Shown here piece by piece: positions 1 through 10,036 of a DNA stretch of 55,105 nucleotides (position 1 is the first letter of the stretch; the number at the start of each line of letters is the position of its first letter). The DNA comes from a virus (Duplodnaviria; Caudoviricetes). The stretch covers positions 1 through 55,105 of IMG/VR virus record IMGVR_UViG_3300036770_004953; one strand, 5' to 3'. Below the pieces are notes generated by a model. It had not been told where the DNA came from. It did not search any database and worked only from the letters and a program-made list of their open reading frames with translations. Made by a program: the position numbers and the translations under genes.

Positions 1-10
1 CCCCCCCCCC

Positions 11-39
11 TTGACAAAATAAAAGACCTGTGCTATAAT
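11..39 (+). promoter_or_regulatory. sigma70-type promoter with extended -10
   Basis: TTGACA (11-16), 17-nt spacer, TG-C-TATAAT (-10 at 34-39). Confidence 0.85.
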
Positions 40-96
40 GTCCGTGATGCCCTAAATACGGGGCCTCACGGGCAACTTTTTATTTTGAAGTAAATT

Positions 97-393
97 ATGT
101 CACAACACAATCATTGGAGATTCAACGAGGATAAGATCCTCAAAGAATTTGAAGAATACCTCATTACGACGTATGGACAACATTATGTCGATGATGAAAA
201 CGAGGGTCTGCAGACCATCGAGCGTATTTTGCATAGTAGACGAGAAGGATTCCTTGCTGGTAACATAACCAAATACGTTGATCGTTACGATGCAAAAGGA
301 ACCCCCAAACGGGATCTGTTCAAGATTCTGCATTATACGATTCTTCTTATCAACCACCTTGAACTTTGTAATACCACTAATGAAACTAACTAA
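97..393 (+). CDS. conserved phage protein, DUF3310-like
   Basis: YGQHY...LQTIE...GF..GNITKY..RY..K pattern; position upstream of the sliding clamp as in T4-like cyanophages. Confidence 0.6.
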   Translation: MSQHNHWRFNEDKILKEFEEYLITTYGQHYVDDENEGLQTIERILHSRREGFLAGNITKYVDRYDAKGTPKRDLFKILHYTILLINHLELCNTTNETN

Positions 394-1066
394 AGAAACA
401 CTGGAGATTCTTAGTAGCTTCAAGGACATTAACCAATCTATCGTCGTCTATCCGGGTCAGATGATCAGGACCAGAAGCGAAGATAATAGGATTGTCGCTG
501 AGGCTATTGTAGAAGAGACGTTTGAACGAGAATTTGCCTTTTATTCCATCAAAGGTTTTCTGGATGCTCATAACATTATTGGTTCTCCTGATCTTGTATT
601 TTCTGAAGAAGATTATGTTCTCCTAAAAGATGGTCGCAGTGAAATCAGGTACTATTATGCCAACCCTGATCTTATCACTGCCCCAGAGCAGAGCAAAGTT
701 TATAAGATCAAGTCTACTGCCATCTCGTTTGAGTTGAGCCAAATTCAACTGAATAAGATGATGAGAATGACTACTTTCGATAGTGATCGTACTCATTGGC
801 TTGTTAACTTTGTTGGTGATGGCTCGGAGATTCATCTTGTTATTCAACACAAGGATGATCCAACAATGCCGTCTTACAACACTGTAGTTGGCGAAACTCC
901 TCATACCTTTTGCATTAAGACCCTACTCGATTGCTTCTCATTTATTAATGGGAGTTATGAGATCCACATTTCTGTCGATAAGGGATTTGCACTTGAGGCA
1001 AAGAACACAGCTCGAAATCTACGTTATCTGATGGCCCTATCGCCTGATTCCACTTTTGAAACTTAA
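380..1066 (+). CDS. gp45: DNA polymerase sliding clamp (T4 gp45-like)
   Basis: MKLTKETLEILSSFKDINQSI N-terminus and YLMALSPDSTF C-terminus typical of gp45; start moved from 278 to ATG 380; precedes clamp loader. Confidence 0.9.
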   Translation: MKLTKETLEILSSFKDINQSIVVYPGQMIRTRSEDNRIVAEAIVEETFEREFAFYSIKGFLDAHNIIGSPDLVFSEEDYVLLKDGRSEIRYYYANPDLITAPEQSKVYKIKSTAISFELSQIQLNKMMRMTTFDSDRTHWLVNFVGDGSEIHLVIQHKDDPTMPSYNTVVGETPHTFCIKTLLDCFSFINGSYEIHISVDKGFALEAKNTARNLRYLMALSPDSTFET

Positions 1067-1068
1067 TT

Positions 1069-2001
1069 ATGGCCTATGAATACCTTTGGGTAGAAAAGTA
1101 TTCACCCAAGACTATTGACGATTGTATTTTACCTGCTTCAATTAAGAAGCAGTTTGTTGACATTCGGGATTCTGAAAAGATCCCAAATATGATTCTTGCA
1201 GGACCCAAAGGAATTGGCAAAACCTCTTGTCTACAAGCTCTTTCTAAAGAGTTAGAACGTGATATGATGATTATCAATGGTTCAGACGAGAGGACAATTG
1301 ATGTGATTCGTAACAAGGTTAAGAATTATGCCTCAACTGTGTCACTAAATCCGGGGAAGAAGATTCTCCTTATTGATGAGGGCGATAATCTAACCCACGA
1401 TGCACAACTTGCCTTAAGAGGATGTATCGAGGAATTCCAAAAAAATTGCACGTTTATCTTTACCTGCAATAATCTCAATGGAATCCACGAGGCAATTCAG
1501 TCTCGCTGTCCTCCAGTAATCTTTAAGATCCCCTCTGCTGAAAAGTCCACTCTTATGGCAGAGTTTTATCAGAGGATCTTAGGTATTCTAGAGACAGAAA
1601 ATGTAACTTGTGAGGATAATCGAATCCTTATCAAGTTCGTTGCAAAGCACTTCCCAGATTTCAGACGATCAATCCATCTCCTAGAAACCCATTCTAGAAG
1701 TGGGACTATTGGTACTAACCTATTGGCACAATCGTCTGACATTAATGTCTCGGCATTATTCAAGTGTCTCAAAGAAAAACGTTTTAATGATGTGAGAAAA
1801 TGGGTTGTTGAAAACCTTGACAATGATCCAATCTCGATCTTAAGACGTGTTTATGATGGGCTGGACAATGTTATGGACAAACCATCTATCCCAGCCGCTA
1901 TCTTGATTATCCACGAACATATGAATTCATCGGTCGCGGATAATGAGATCAATCTGGTTGCTTGTTTCACTAAGTTAATGGTGGATTGCGAATGGCTCTA
2001 G
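1069..2001 (+). CDS. gp44: clamp loader large subunit (T4 gp44, RFC-like AAA+)
   Basis: LWVEKYSP box, Walker A GPKGIGKT, Walker B LIDEGD, SRC motif, FPDFRR. Confidence 0.95.
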   Translation: MAYEYLWVEKYSPKTIDDCILPASIKKQFVDIRDSEKIPNMILAGPKGIGKTSCLQALSKELERDMMIINGSDERTIDVIRNKVKNYASTVSLNPGKKILLIDEGDNLTHDAQLALRGCIEEFQKNCTFIFTCNNLNGIHEAIQSRCPPVIFKIPSAEKSTLMAEFYQRILGILETENVTCEDNRILIKFVAKHFPDFRRSIHLLETHSRSGTIGTNLLAQSSDINVSALFKCLKEKRFNDVRKWVVENLDNDPISILRRVYDGLDNVMDKPSIPAAILIIHEHMNSSVADNEINLVACFTKLMVDCEWL

Positions 2002-2369
2002 AACTTAAGGATTGGTTGAATTCTATCAACTTTACCAAAGAGGATCTGTCGGAACACATCAAAAGTTATCCATCTTTTGTTATCAATAAGATTCTCGCAG
2101 GGGACATTGGATGTGTTATGCTTGTCAATGAACTGAACAAGCGATACACGATGTCTCCTGAAATGCAGTATAAGTTCTTATTGTATTCTGTTCCTAAGAA
2201 AAAGCGTTATAATCCTTATCATAAAAAGACTAAGGATGAAACCCTTGACCTAGTAAAGGAATACTTTAAGGTCAGCACAGAAAAGGCGAGGGAGTATCTT
2301 GATGCCTTGACTGCAGAACAACTGCAGAACATTAAACGCGACCTGTTCAAAGGTGGCGTTTCTAAATAA
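1992..2369 (+). CDS. gp62: clamp loader small subunit (T4 gp62)
   Basis: LKDWLNSIN, YPSFVINK, QYKFLL, VKEYF...KAREYL, ends KGG; follows gp44. Confidence 0.9.
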   Translation: MALELKDWLNSINFTKEDLSEHIKSYPSFVINKILAGDIGCVMLVNELNKRYTMSPEMQYKFLLYSVPKKKRYNPYHKKTKDETLDLVKEYFKVSTEKAREYLDALTAEQLQNIKRDLFKGGVSK

Positions 2370-2403
2370 ATTATGTTTGTATCATTTTTAGGATTATCAA
2401 ATT

Positions 2404-2874
2404 ATGACAAGCCTTGATCGAAACTACATCCCATTCGAAGATGTAGAACCAATTTATGTTGAATTGAAAGAACCCGACGATTTTCTAAAGATTAGGGAAA
2501 CGATCTCACGAATTGGCCTTTTGTCCCGTCATTCTAACGTTCTTTATCAATCCTGCCACATCCTCCACTCACGTCGAGGAACACTGTCGCCTTATCGCAT
2601 CTGCCATTTCAAAGAACTGTTTGGACTTGATGGTAAACAAACCACTATCACCTTAGACGATCTTGCCCGTAGATCAACTACCGCAAGACTATTAGAGCAA
2701 TGGGGTCTGTTGACTATTCTCAATCCTGAGGTTCTCGATAAGTATGGTTATTGCCCTTTGAATAAAATCAAGGTGGTTAGCTATAAAGAAAAGGTCGAAG
2801 GTGTTTATAAGCTAGAGCCGAAGTACACCATCGGCAACAAAGGACCAAGAAAGCAAGAAGAACCGGGCGGTTAA
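2404..2874 (+). CDS. regA: translational repressor RegA
   Basis: PDDFLKIRETISRIG, LYQSCHILH, HFKELFGLDGK, LLEQWGL, KYTIG. Confidence 0.93.
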   Translation: MTSLDRNYIPFEDVEPIYVELKEPDDFLKIRETISRIGLLSRHSNVLYQSCHILHSRRGTLSPYRICHFKELFGLDGKQTTITLDDLARRSTTARLLEQWGLLTILNPEVLDKYGYCPLNKIKVVSYKEKVEGVYKLEPKYTIGNKGPRKQEEPGG

Positions 2875-2879
2875 GCGTA

Positions 2880-3080
2880 ATGTTCAACAACGTACCAACA
2901 GATATAGAGAACTTACAGTTGCTGAGGTCCGAAGCATCTCAGCTGAGATCCGAAGCATCTCAGCTGGAGTCCGCAGCATCTCAGCTGGAGTTAGCAGGTA
3001 GGAAGACCGACTTAGCATTATCGCGGATGCAATCGCGTCTCAACAACAAGAAGAACAGGTCGGTTAGCCCTACTTGCTAA
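2880..3080 (+). CDS. small hypothetical protein with heptad repeats
   Basis: ATG ORF filling the regA-hsp20 gap; LRSEASQ/LRSEASQ/LESAASQ repeats. Confidence 0.45.
   Translation: MFNNVPTDIENLQLLRSEASQLRSEASQLESAASQLELAGRKTDLALSRMQSRLNNKKNRSVSPTC
2921..2997 (+). repeat. 21-bp tandem repeat, about 3.5 copies
   Basis: gctgaggtccgaagcatctca / gctgagatccgaagcatctca / gctggagtccgcagcatctca / gctggagttagcag. Confidence 0.9.
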
Positions 3081-3164
3081 TTTCTCGGATCCGTGCTAAA
3101 TATTTGCCAGGGATGCTCAATTGAGGTCTCTGGCACTTTCACTCGCTTTTATAGGAGTTCGATT

Positions 3165-3575
3165 ATGTTCACTACTTACACCAGTCAAATTCTTAGCAAT
3201 CTTGCTAAACAAAGCATTGGTTATGATTATGTTGTAGAAAAAATCTACAATGATGCAACTTTTACGTCTTTTCCCCCTTTTAACTCTTACACTAAAGACA
3301 ATTTCTATTTTATTGAATTTGCCTTATCTGGCTATTCTAGAGATTGTCTGAAAGTCTACACCTCTGACGGTAACCTTGTGGTGGAAGCATCTAAACCTGA
3401 TGCGGAAAAGGACATTGCTTATGTCCATAATGGGATCGCCCGTAGAGCCTTTAAATGGGTTCGAGCCCTTGCTGACAACGTTAACGTGAAATCGGTTAAC
3501 TTTAACGATGGCCTTCTTAAGATCGAATTGGAGCGCATCGAACCAGAGTCACACCGCCGCCGTGATTATCTCTAA
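3165..3575 (+). CDS. hsp20: small heat-shock protein (Hsp20)
   Basis: FPPFN, IEFALSG, YVHNGIARRAF, FNDGLLKIEL; AGGAG RBS before ATG 3165. Confidence 0.9.
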   Translation: MFTTYTSQILSNLAKQSIGYDYVVEKIYNDATFTSFPPFNSYTKDNFYFIEFALSGYSRDCLKVYTSDGNLVVEASKPDAEKDIAYVHNGIARRAFKWVRALADNVNVKSVNFNDGLLKIELERIEPESHRRRDYL

Positions 3576-3641
3576 ATAATCACAGGCTACCCCCTTTCTA
3601 TCGTTGTCGCAACAGGGGGCCTGGCAAAATCCAGGACCCCC

Positions 3642-3670
3642 TTGACAAAATCAAAAACCTGTGCTATGAT
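3642..3670 (+). promoter_or_regulatory. sigma70-type promoter with extended -10
   Basis: TTGACA-17 nt-TATGAT with TG extension; near-copy of promoter at 11-39; preceded by GC-rich hairpin about 3615-3641. Confidence 0.8.
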
Positions 3671-3700
3671 AGGACGAGTTCCACAACCCGTCCTATTTTT

Positions 3701-3997
3701 ATGTTACTGACTAAACTTTTTATCCTCAAAACCGGGGAGTATGTTATTGCTCAAATCAATGACGAAAGCCTGATTGAACTTTATGGTCCATACAAACTGC
3801 ATCATCCAAAAGTTGTCATTGCAACAAACACGCAACAAAATTCAGACGATCAAAACAAGCTTCAGACCAGTGTAGTCTTATTGACCTGGCCCCAGTTTAC
3901 ATTAGATACAGAAGTTGAAATCAATTTTTCGGCCATAACCAGTATTGTCAATCCAATCAAAGAACTCTGTGAACTTTATGAGAATAGTTTAAAATGA
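3701..3997 (+). CDS. hypothetical protein (T4-like cyanophage, upstream of gp43)
   Basis: ORF with LKTGEYVIA N-terminus; ATGA overlap with next gene. Confidence 0.7.
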   Translation: MLLTKLFILKTGEYVIAQINDESLIELYGPYKLHHPKVVIATNTQQNSDDQNKLQTSVVLLTWPQFTLDTEVEINFSAITSIVNPIKELCELYENSLK

Positions 3998-4257
3998 AAG
4001 ACGCAAAACTTTTAATTCTCCCAACTGAGAAAATCATTGCAACAATTAAGGCGCTCGCACCAATGGAAATCGGTGGTGCTGACATTGCATTGTACGATCC
4101 TTTTGTTGTCACGGAAACCGATGGTGAATTTTACTTATCACCTTGGCTAATTGCCTTTACGTCCCAAAATAGGTTCGAAATGCATAGTGATAAATTTCTG
4201 ACAACAGTTGAACCAAACTTCAAGCTACTTGCAAAATACGAAGAACAGTTTCAATGA
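3994..4257 (+). CDS. hypothetical protein, possibly paralogous to upstream gene
   Basis: ATGA overlaps on both sides; LSPWL motif. Confidence 0.7.
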   Translation: MKDAKLLILPTEKIIATIKALAPMEIGGADIALYDPFVVTETDGEFYLSPWLIAFTSQNRFEMHSDKFLTTVEPNFKLLAKYEEQFQ

Positions 4258-6755
4258 ATAAATGGCATACAAGTGTAAAATGCGTAGGAGATAAGATTCT
4301 AGTAAGAGGTTATTATGATGGTCTGCCTTATCAAGATGTTGTTGAATACCAACCAACTCTTTATCTTAAGTCAAAAGAACCGACTGATTATAAGAGCCTT
4401 GAGGATGAGTTTCTAAAGCCAATTAAGCCCGGTACGATCAGAGACACCAGAAAGTTTCTTGAGAAGTACAAAGAGGTTGATGGATTTAAAATCTATGGAA
4501 ACGAGAGTCCGGTTTATCAGTTCATTGCTGATGAATTCCCCGAACGCATAGAATTCCAGATGGATAAGCATAAGATTTATTATCTGGACATTGAGACCAC
4601 ATCAGAACACGGTGGGGTTGATGTTGAGGCAGCAAGAGAGCAGATTCTTCTTGTGACGGTTATGGATTATACTTCCAAAAAATCCATAACCTTTGGTTCT
4701 CGCCCTTATTCAAAGATTATTGAGAATAATACTTACATTGAATGTAAGAATGAGACAGAATTGCTTGAGCGATTCTTAAAGTTCTGGGAAAAAGCCTATC
4801 CTGATGCTGTTTCTGGTTGGAACATCGAAACCTTCGACATTCCTTATCTTGTTAAAAGGATTGAAAAGACCCTTGGTAATAATCAATCTAAAAGACTTTC
4901 ACCTTGGAAAATCGTAAGGCTCAAGAATGTTATGGATCGTAGAACCGAAAAGACCTACGAAACCTTTGAAATTTATGGAGTCAATGTTCTCGACTATCTG
5001 CCTTATTTCAAAAAGTATGCAGGTATTGGTGTTGAGAACAATAAACTTGATACCGTGGCACAAGAGGTTCTTAAAGAAACCAAGTTAGATCACACAGAAT
5101 ACGAAACCTTTGCCGAGTTTTATACCAAGGATTGGGATCTGTTTGTCGAGTATAACATTGTTGACACTCAGCTTATTGATAAACTGGAGAAAAAACTTAG
5201 ACTTCTACAGCTAGCCTTTACTCTTGCGATGGATTCAAAGGTTAATCCTGAGGATACTCTTTCTCAAGGTAGAATGTGGGATGCGATCATTTATAACCAT
5301 CTCCTGGCAAAAAATGTTATCATCCCCACAAAATCTCCATCAGAGGAAAAAACCGAAAAGTACAAAGGGGCCTTCGTAAAACCACCCCAGATCGGCAAAT
5401 TTAAATGGGTTAGCTCATTCGACGTTTCCTCACTGTATCCATCTCTTATCAGAACATTTAACATCAGTCCAGAAACCTTGGTTCAAGAAAGGAATGATAC
5501 AGTAACAATTGATGCTATTGTCGATAATACCTTTACTCCAAAGCCAGACCATTCTGATTATTGCATTTGTGCCAATGGTTCGATGTATAGGAAGGAGTCT
5601 CAAGGGTTTCTTGCTAGGATTATGGAAGAAATGTTTGAAGAGCGTAAAGGTTATAAAAAGAAGATGCTCGATTATCAAAAGGAATACGAGCTTAATCCTA
5701 CAAACGAATTAGAAGAGTTGGTGGCAACTTATCGGATCTTACAAGAATCCAAAAAGCAATGTCTCAACTCGGCTTATGGAAGTTTGGGTTCGTCTTACTT
5801 TAGGTTTTATGACATTCGCAATGCTGAGGCCATCACTTATATGGGCCAGGCTGTTATCAAGACAGTTGAAAAACATCTAAACTCTTATCTGCAAAAGGTC
5901 ACGGGTGAAAAAATTGACTTCATTCTAGCAGAGGACACCGACTCTTGTTTTTTGAATTTGGAACCAGTCGTAGACAAGGTTTTCAAGGACAATCTTCCCT
6001 CAGAGCAGGAAATTATCGACTTCCTCTGTTCCATCTGTGATAATCAGATCCAAAAGGTTATTGATCGAATTTTCGAACAGTTTTCTAAAACTACCAATGC
6101 CTTCCAAAACTGTCTTCATATGAAACGAGAGAAGATTTGTTCTTCTGCCTTATGGAAAGCCAAAAAGAATTACATCCTTTACGTCTGGGATAATGAGGGT
6201 GTTCGCTACTCTGAACCAAAGATTAAAGTCAGTGGAATCGAAGCGGTTAAAACCTCAACACCCGCTGTCTGTAGAGGAAAGATTAAAAAGGCCATTGAAT
6301 ACATTATGAGTTCAACGGAAGATGAGCTTATTGATTTTATTCAAGAGTTCAAAGCCGAGTTTTTTGCCCTTCCACCTGAGGATGTATCATTCCCAAGAAA
6401 GGTTTCTGACATTGATAAATGGTTCAGTAAGTCAACTACATACATCAAGGGAACACCTATTCAAGCAAGAGCAGCAATCCTTTACAATAAGTACATAAAC
6501 GAAAAGAATCTTGTCAATAAGTACCCCTTGATCAAGAATGGCGAAAATCTTAAGTTTTGTTATCTAAGAATCCCCAATCCAATCAAAGAAGATGTTATTG
6601 GATACGTCCAAAGATTCCCGAAAGAACTTAACCTTGAAAGCTACGTTGATTATCAGAAACAGTTTGAATTAACATTTCTTCAACCATTAACCAAAATTCT
6701 TGATGTTATTGGCTGGAGAACAGAAAAACACGCAACATTAGACGATTTATTCTAA
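4254..6755 (+). CDS. gp43: family B DNA polymerase (T4 gp43)
   Basis: ExoI LDIET, ExoII GWNIETFDIPY, ExoIII YNIVD, pol SFDVSSLYPS, K..LNSAYG, DTDS, KKNY. Confidence 0.97.
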   Translation: MNKWHTSVKCVGDKILVRGYYDGLPYQDVVEYQPTLYLKSKEPTDYKSLEDEFLKPIKPGTIRDTRKFLEKYKEVDGFKIYGNESPVYQFIADEFPERIEFQMDKHKIYYLDIETTSEHGGVDVEAAREQILLVTVMDYTSKKSITFGSRPYSKIIENNTYIECKNETELLERFLKFWEKAYPDAVSGWNIETFDIPYLVKRIEKTLGNNQSKRLSPWKIVRLKNVMDRRTEKTYETFEIYGVNVLDYLPYFKKYAGIGVENNKLDTVAQEVLKETKLDHTEYETFAEFYTKDWDLFVEYNIVDTQLIDKLEKKLRLLQLAFTLAMDSKVNPEDTLSQGRMWDAIIYNHLLAKNVIIPTKSPSEEKTEKYKGAFVKPPQIGKFKWVSSFDVSSLYPSLIRTFNISPETLVQERNDTVTIDAIVDNTFTPKPDHSDYCICANGSMYRKESQGFLARIMEEMFEERKGYKKKMLDYQKEYELNPTNELEELVATYRILQESKKQCLNSAYGSLGSSYFRFYDIRNAEAITYMGQAVIKTVEKHLNSYLQKVTGEKIDFILAEDTDSCFLNLEPVVDKVFKDNLPSEQEIIDFLCSICDNQIQKVIDRIFEQFSKTTNAFQNCLHMKREKICSSALWKAKKNYILYVWDNEGVRYSEPKIKVSGIEAVKTSTPAVCRGKIKKAIEYIMSSTEDELIDFIQEFKAEFFALPPEDVSFPRKVSDIDKWFSKSTTYIKGTPIQARAAILYNKYINEKNLVNKYPLIKNGENLKFCYLRIPNPIKEDVIGYVQRFPKELNLESYVDYQKQFELTFLQPLTKILDVIGWRTEKHATLDDLF

Positions 6756-6756
6756 A

Positions 6757-7818
6757 ATGGATTTTTTAAAAAGTATTGTTAAAGAGATCGGCAAAGAATA
6801 CGCTGCCGTTGCCTCGGACATTGTTGAGAATCAGACCTTTGTTGATACAGGCTCATACATCCTTAATGCCTTGGTATCTGGAAGTATCTTTGGTGGTATC
6901 TCTCAAAATAAGATCACTGCTCTTGCTGCACCAGAAGCCTGTGGTAAAACCTTTATTGCCCTTTCTGTAGTCAGAAACTTTCTACAGCAAAACCCTGAGG
7001 CATTTTGCCTTTATTTTGATACAGAGTCTGCTATTACCAAAAAGCTACTAGAGGATAAAGGGATCGACATTAATCGAGTTGTTGTCATTAATGTGGTCAC
7101 TGTCGAAGAGTTTCGCCGCAAGGCGCTTAAGGCGGTGGATATGTATTTAAATACACCGAAAAAAGAGCGAAAGCCTTGTATGTTTGTTTTAGACTCTTTG
7201 GGTATGTTATCAACCAATAAAGAGATTGGTGATACCCTAGCAGAAAAAGACACAAGGGATATGACAAAGGCTGCCCTACTCAAAGGTGCGTTCCGTATGC
7301 TAACCTTAAAACTGGGCCAGGCTGACATCCCAATGATCGTAAATAACCACCTTTATGATACAATGGAAGCCTATGCAACTAAGAAAATGAGCGGAGGTTC
7401 TTCGATCGCTTATTCAGCATCATCTATCCTTTACATCTCCAAGACTAAAGAAAAAGAAGGAACCGAAATTGCAGGAGTTATTCTCAGATTCAAAACGATC
7501 AAGTCTCGATTAAGTAAAGAAAACCAAGATGTAGAGGTTCGACTATTTTATGATGAACGAGGATTAGATCGCTACTACGGTCTTATTGAACTGGGAGAGG
7601 AAGCGGGTATTATCCCTAGGGTTGGTGCTCGTTATGAGATTGATGGTAAAAAACTAGGAAGAAAAACAATCCTAGAGGATCCAGAGAAGTATTTCACTCC
7701 AGAATTACTTGAGCGTCTGGATGCTTATGCAAAAACAAAATTTATGTATGGTCAATCAACCAAAGGTGAAGAACACGATGACAATGACGACGACGAAGAC
7801 GACGATCCAGCTGAATGA
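6757..7818 (+). CDS. uvsX: RecA-like recombinase UvsX
   Basis: DTGSYILNALVSG, Walker A-like APEACGKT, YFDTE, VLDSLGML, MSGGS; acidic tail. Confidence 0.93.
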   Translation: MDFLKSIVKEIGKEYAAVASDIVENQTFVDTGSYILNALVSGSIFGGISQNKITALAAPEACGKTFIALSVVRNFLQQNPEAFCLYFDTESAITKKLLEDKGIDINRVVVINVVTVEEFRRKALKAVDMYLNTPKKERKPCMFVLDSLGMLSTNKEIGDTLAEKDTRDMTKAALLKGAFRMLTLKLGQADIPMIVNNHLYDTMEAYATKKMSGGSSIAYSASSILYISKTKEKEGTEIAGVILRFKTIKSRLSKENQDVEVRLFYDERGLDRYYGLIELGEEAGIIPRVGARYEIDGKKLGRKTILEDPEKYFTPELLERLDAYAKTKFMYGQSTKGEEHDDNDDDEDDDPAE

Positions 7819-8359
7819 TCTTATTCAGATTTATGATGATGCACTTGAGCCTGAATTATGTCAATTATTGATTCAGGCCTTTAATGATAATCCCAATAGC
7901 CAAGAGGTTATTGATAACGATAAAAAACCATCGTTTACACAACTGAATCTAACGGAGTTAACCAACTCAAATGAACGTCTGAAGCTCATTCAAAATCTGG
8001 TCTTAAAGAAGCTCTTTGATTATAAAAAAGAGTATTATGAGTTTGTATCAGACAGAGTATTTCCCCAAGAGAATAGTTTCGAATACTTCAGGATCAAGAA
8101 GTACAATAATGACGGGAATGACTTGTTTGATACTCACGTTGATGTTATGGATGCTGGATCAGCCAAAAGGTTCCTATCTTTCTTGTTTTACCTGAACGAT
8201 GTTGAGCAAGGTGGGGAGACGGTTTTCGAGGGCTTGACAATTCAGCCAAAGTGTGGTAGACTGATTGTGTTCCCGCCGCTATGGATGTTCCCCCACAAGG
8301 GCTGCATCCCGGTCAGTAACGAAAAGTATATTTTGACAACCTATTTGCATTATAAGTGA
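7778..8359 (+). CDS. 2OG-Fe(II) oxygenase (prolyl-hydroxylase-like)
   Basis: HVD, FYLNDVEQGGET, FPP.W.FPH.G, KY; start uncertain (7778 or 7784). Confidence 0.88.
   Translation: MTMTTTKTTIQLNDLIQIYDDALEPELCQLLIQAFNDNPNSQEVIDNDKKPSFTQLNLTELTNSNERLKLIQNLVLKKLFDYKKEYYEFVSDRVFPQENSFEYFRIKKYNNDGNDLFDTHVDVMDAGSAKRFLSFLFYLNDVEQGGETVFEGLTIQPKCGRLIVFPPLWMFPHKGCIPVSNEKYILTTYLHYK
8234..8262 (+). promoter_or_regulatory. internal sigma70-type promoter upstream of helicase
   Basis: TTGACA-17 nt-TAGACT with TG extension, inside oxygenase gene. Confidence 0.6.
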
Positions 8360-9726
8360 ATGTGGATAAAACTGAAATTTTAATTCTGAAGAACCTGATT
8401 TACAATGATGAATACACAAGGAAAGTATTACCGTTCTTAAGGCTTGATTATTTTCAAGACTATTCCCAAAGAGTCTTATTTGAAGAAATTGGTGAATTTA
8501 TCAATGACTACAATAAGCTACCAACCAAGGATGCTCTTGAAATTGAACTAGAGAGAAGAACAGACCTAAATGAGCAAACCTTTGCAGAAATCAACACCAT
8601 ACTGGCATCACTTGATCCAGAACAAGTCTCGCAGGATTGGCTTATTGATACAACAGAACGATGGTGTAAGGATAGAGCAATTTATCTGGCTCTTATGGAG
8701 TCATTGCAAATTGCCAATGGTAGCAATGAACAGAAAGGACGGGATGCTATTCCATCTATTCTACAGGATGCTCTTGCTGTTTCTTTTGATAACCACATCG
8801 GCCACGATTATTTCGAAAACAGTGATGAACGATTTGAGTATTATCACGATGTAGAAAACAAGATTCCGTTTGACATTGAAAGACTTAATACGATCACAAA
8901 AGGAGGAATTAAGAAAAAGACCCTTAACATTATTATGGGTACGACCAATGCTGGTAAGTCAATTTGTCTTTGCTCTTTCGCTTCTGGATACCTTAAACAA
9001 GGAAAAAATGTTCTCTACATAACACTTGAAATGTCCGAGGAAGAGATCGCAAAACGTATTGATGCTAATGTTCTTGATCTCAACATTGATACCATAGCAA
9101 CTGTTCAAAAGAAAGTGTTTGATGATAAGATTCAACTATTAAGGAACAGAACCAATGGACAATTAATTATTAAGGAGTACCCAACAGGCGGTGCATCAGT
9201 TAATAATTTCAGGGCCTTATTAAATGAACTTGAATTAAAGAAAAAGTTTGTTCCTGACATTATTATGGTTGATTATCTTTCAATCTGCGCCTCATCTAGA
9301 TTCAAAAAAGGATTTTCTAATTCTTATGAATACGTTGGTTCTGTTGCAGAAGAACTGAGAGGTCTTGCCAAGGAGTTTGATGTTCCCTTATGGTCTGCAA
9401 TTCAATCCAACAGGGACCAACAAGCCAACACTGATCCAACATTAGCTGGTATCAGTGAATCTGCTAAAATCGGCCACGTTTCTGATTTCTTATGTGCGAT
9501 TATCTCAAACGAGGAATTGGAGCAACTTGGCCAGTATATGTTCAAGCAAATCAAAAATAGATACAATCAAAAGAGTAAGCTCACCCGGTTTGTGGTTGGT
9601 ATTGATTATACCAAAATGAGACTCTACGATGTTGAAAATGATGATTCGCAACTACAGGAGTATTCGGAAGAAGAAACTGAAATGCCTGATCTAAAGGCGA
9701 AATTCAAAACTTTTAATTTTAATTGA
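8356..9726 (+). CDS. gp41: replicative DnaB-like helicase (T4 gp41)
   Basis: Walker A GTTNAGKS, YITLEMSEE, IIKEYPTG, VDYL, AEELRGLA, KNRY; GTG start. Confidence 0.95.
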   Translation: MNVDKTEILILKNLIYNDEYTRKVLPFLRLDYFQDYSQRVLFEEIGEFINDYNKLPTKDALEIELERRTDLNEQTFAEINTILASLDPEQVSQDWLIDTTERWCKDRAIYLALMESLQIANGSNEQKGRDAIPSILQDALAVSFDNHIGHDYFENSDERFEYYHDVENKIPFDIERLNTITKGGIKKKTLNIIMGTTNAGKSICLCSFASGYLKQGKNVLYITLEMSEEEIAKRIDANVLDLNIDTIATVQKKVFDDKIQLLRNRTNGQLIIKEYPTGGASVNNFRALLNELELKKKFVPDIIMVDYLSICASSRFKKGFSNSYEYVGSVAEELRGLAKEFDVPLWSAIQSNRDQQANTDPTLAGISESAKIGHVSDFLCAIISNEELEQLGQYMFKQIKNRYNQKSKLTRFVVGIDYTKMRLYDVENDDSQLQEYSEEETEMPDLKAKFKTFNFN

Positions 9727-9730
9727 TTTT

Positions 9731-10036
9731 ATGACTAACCCACAATTTGACAACATCCGTGAATGGGCAGAAGCCCGCAATCTTATTGAAGGTAGCAGGC
9801 CAGTTAATCAAGTTTCTAAGCTAGTTGAAGAACTAGGTGAACTTGCAACTGGAGTAAATAAGGGTAAGAATGATCTTATTGCCGATGGTATTGGCGATTC
9901 TGTTGTTGTTCTTACTATCCTAGCAAAGCAATGCGGTCTGAACATCGAAGATTGTATTGATCTAGCCTGGAATGAAATCAAAGACCGCAAAGGTCGTATG
10001 GTTGATGGTATCTTTATTAAGGAGCAGGACTTATGA
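9731..10036 (+). CDS. mazG: MazG-like NTP pyrophosphohydrolase
   Basis: KLVEELGEL, DGIGD, AWNEIKDRKG. Confidence 0.85.
   Translation: MTNPQFDNIREWAEARNLIEGSRPVNQVSKLVEELGELATGVNKGKNDLIADGIGDSVVVLTILAKQCGLNIEDCIDLAWNEIKDRKGRMVDGIFIKEQDL

Noticed and set aside
1-10. Poly-C run at window start
   Set aside because: At the window edge with no context; may be an assembly or homopolymer artefact.
42-71. Hairpin ccgtga-t-gccc/gggc-c-tcacgg after the first promoter as an ncRNA
   Set aside because: Single copy; adequately explained as a 5' leader hairpin with a CTAAATA late motif around its loop.
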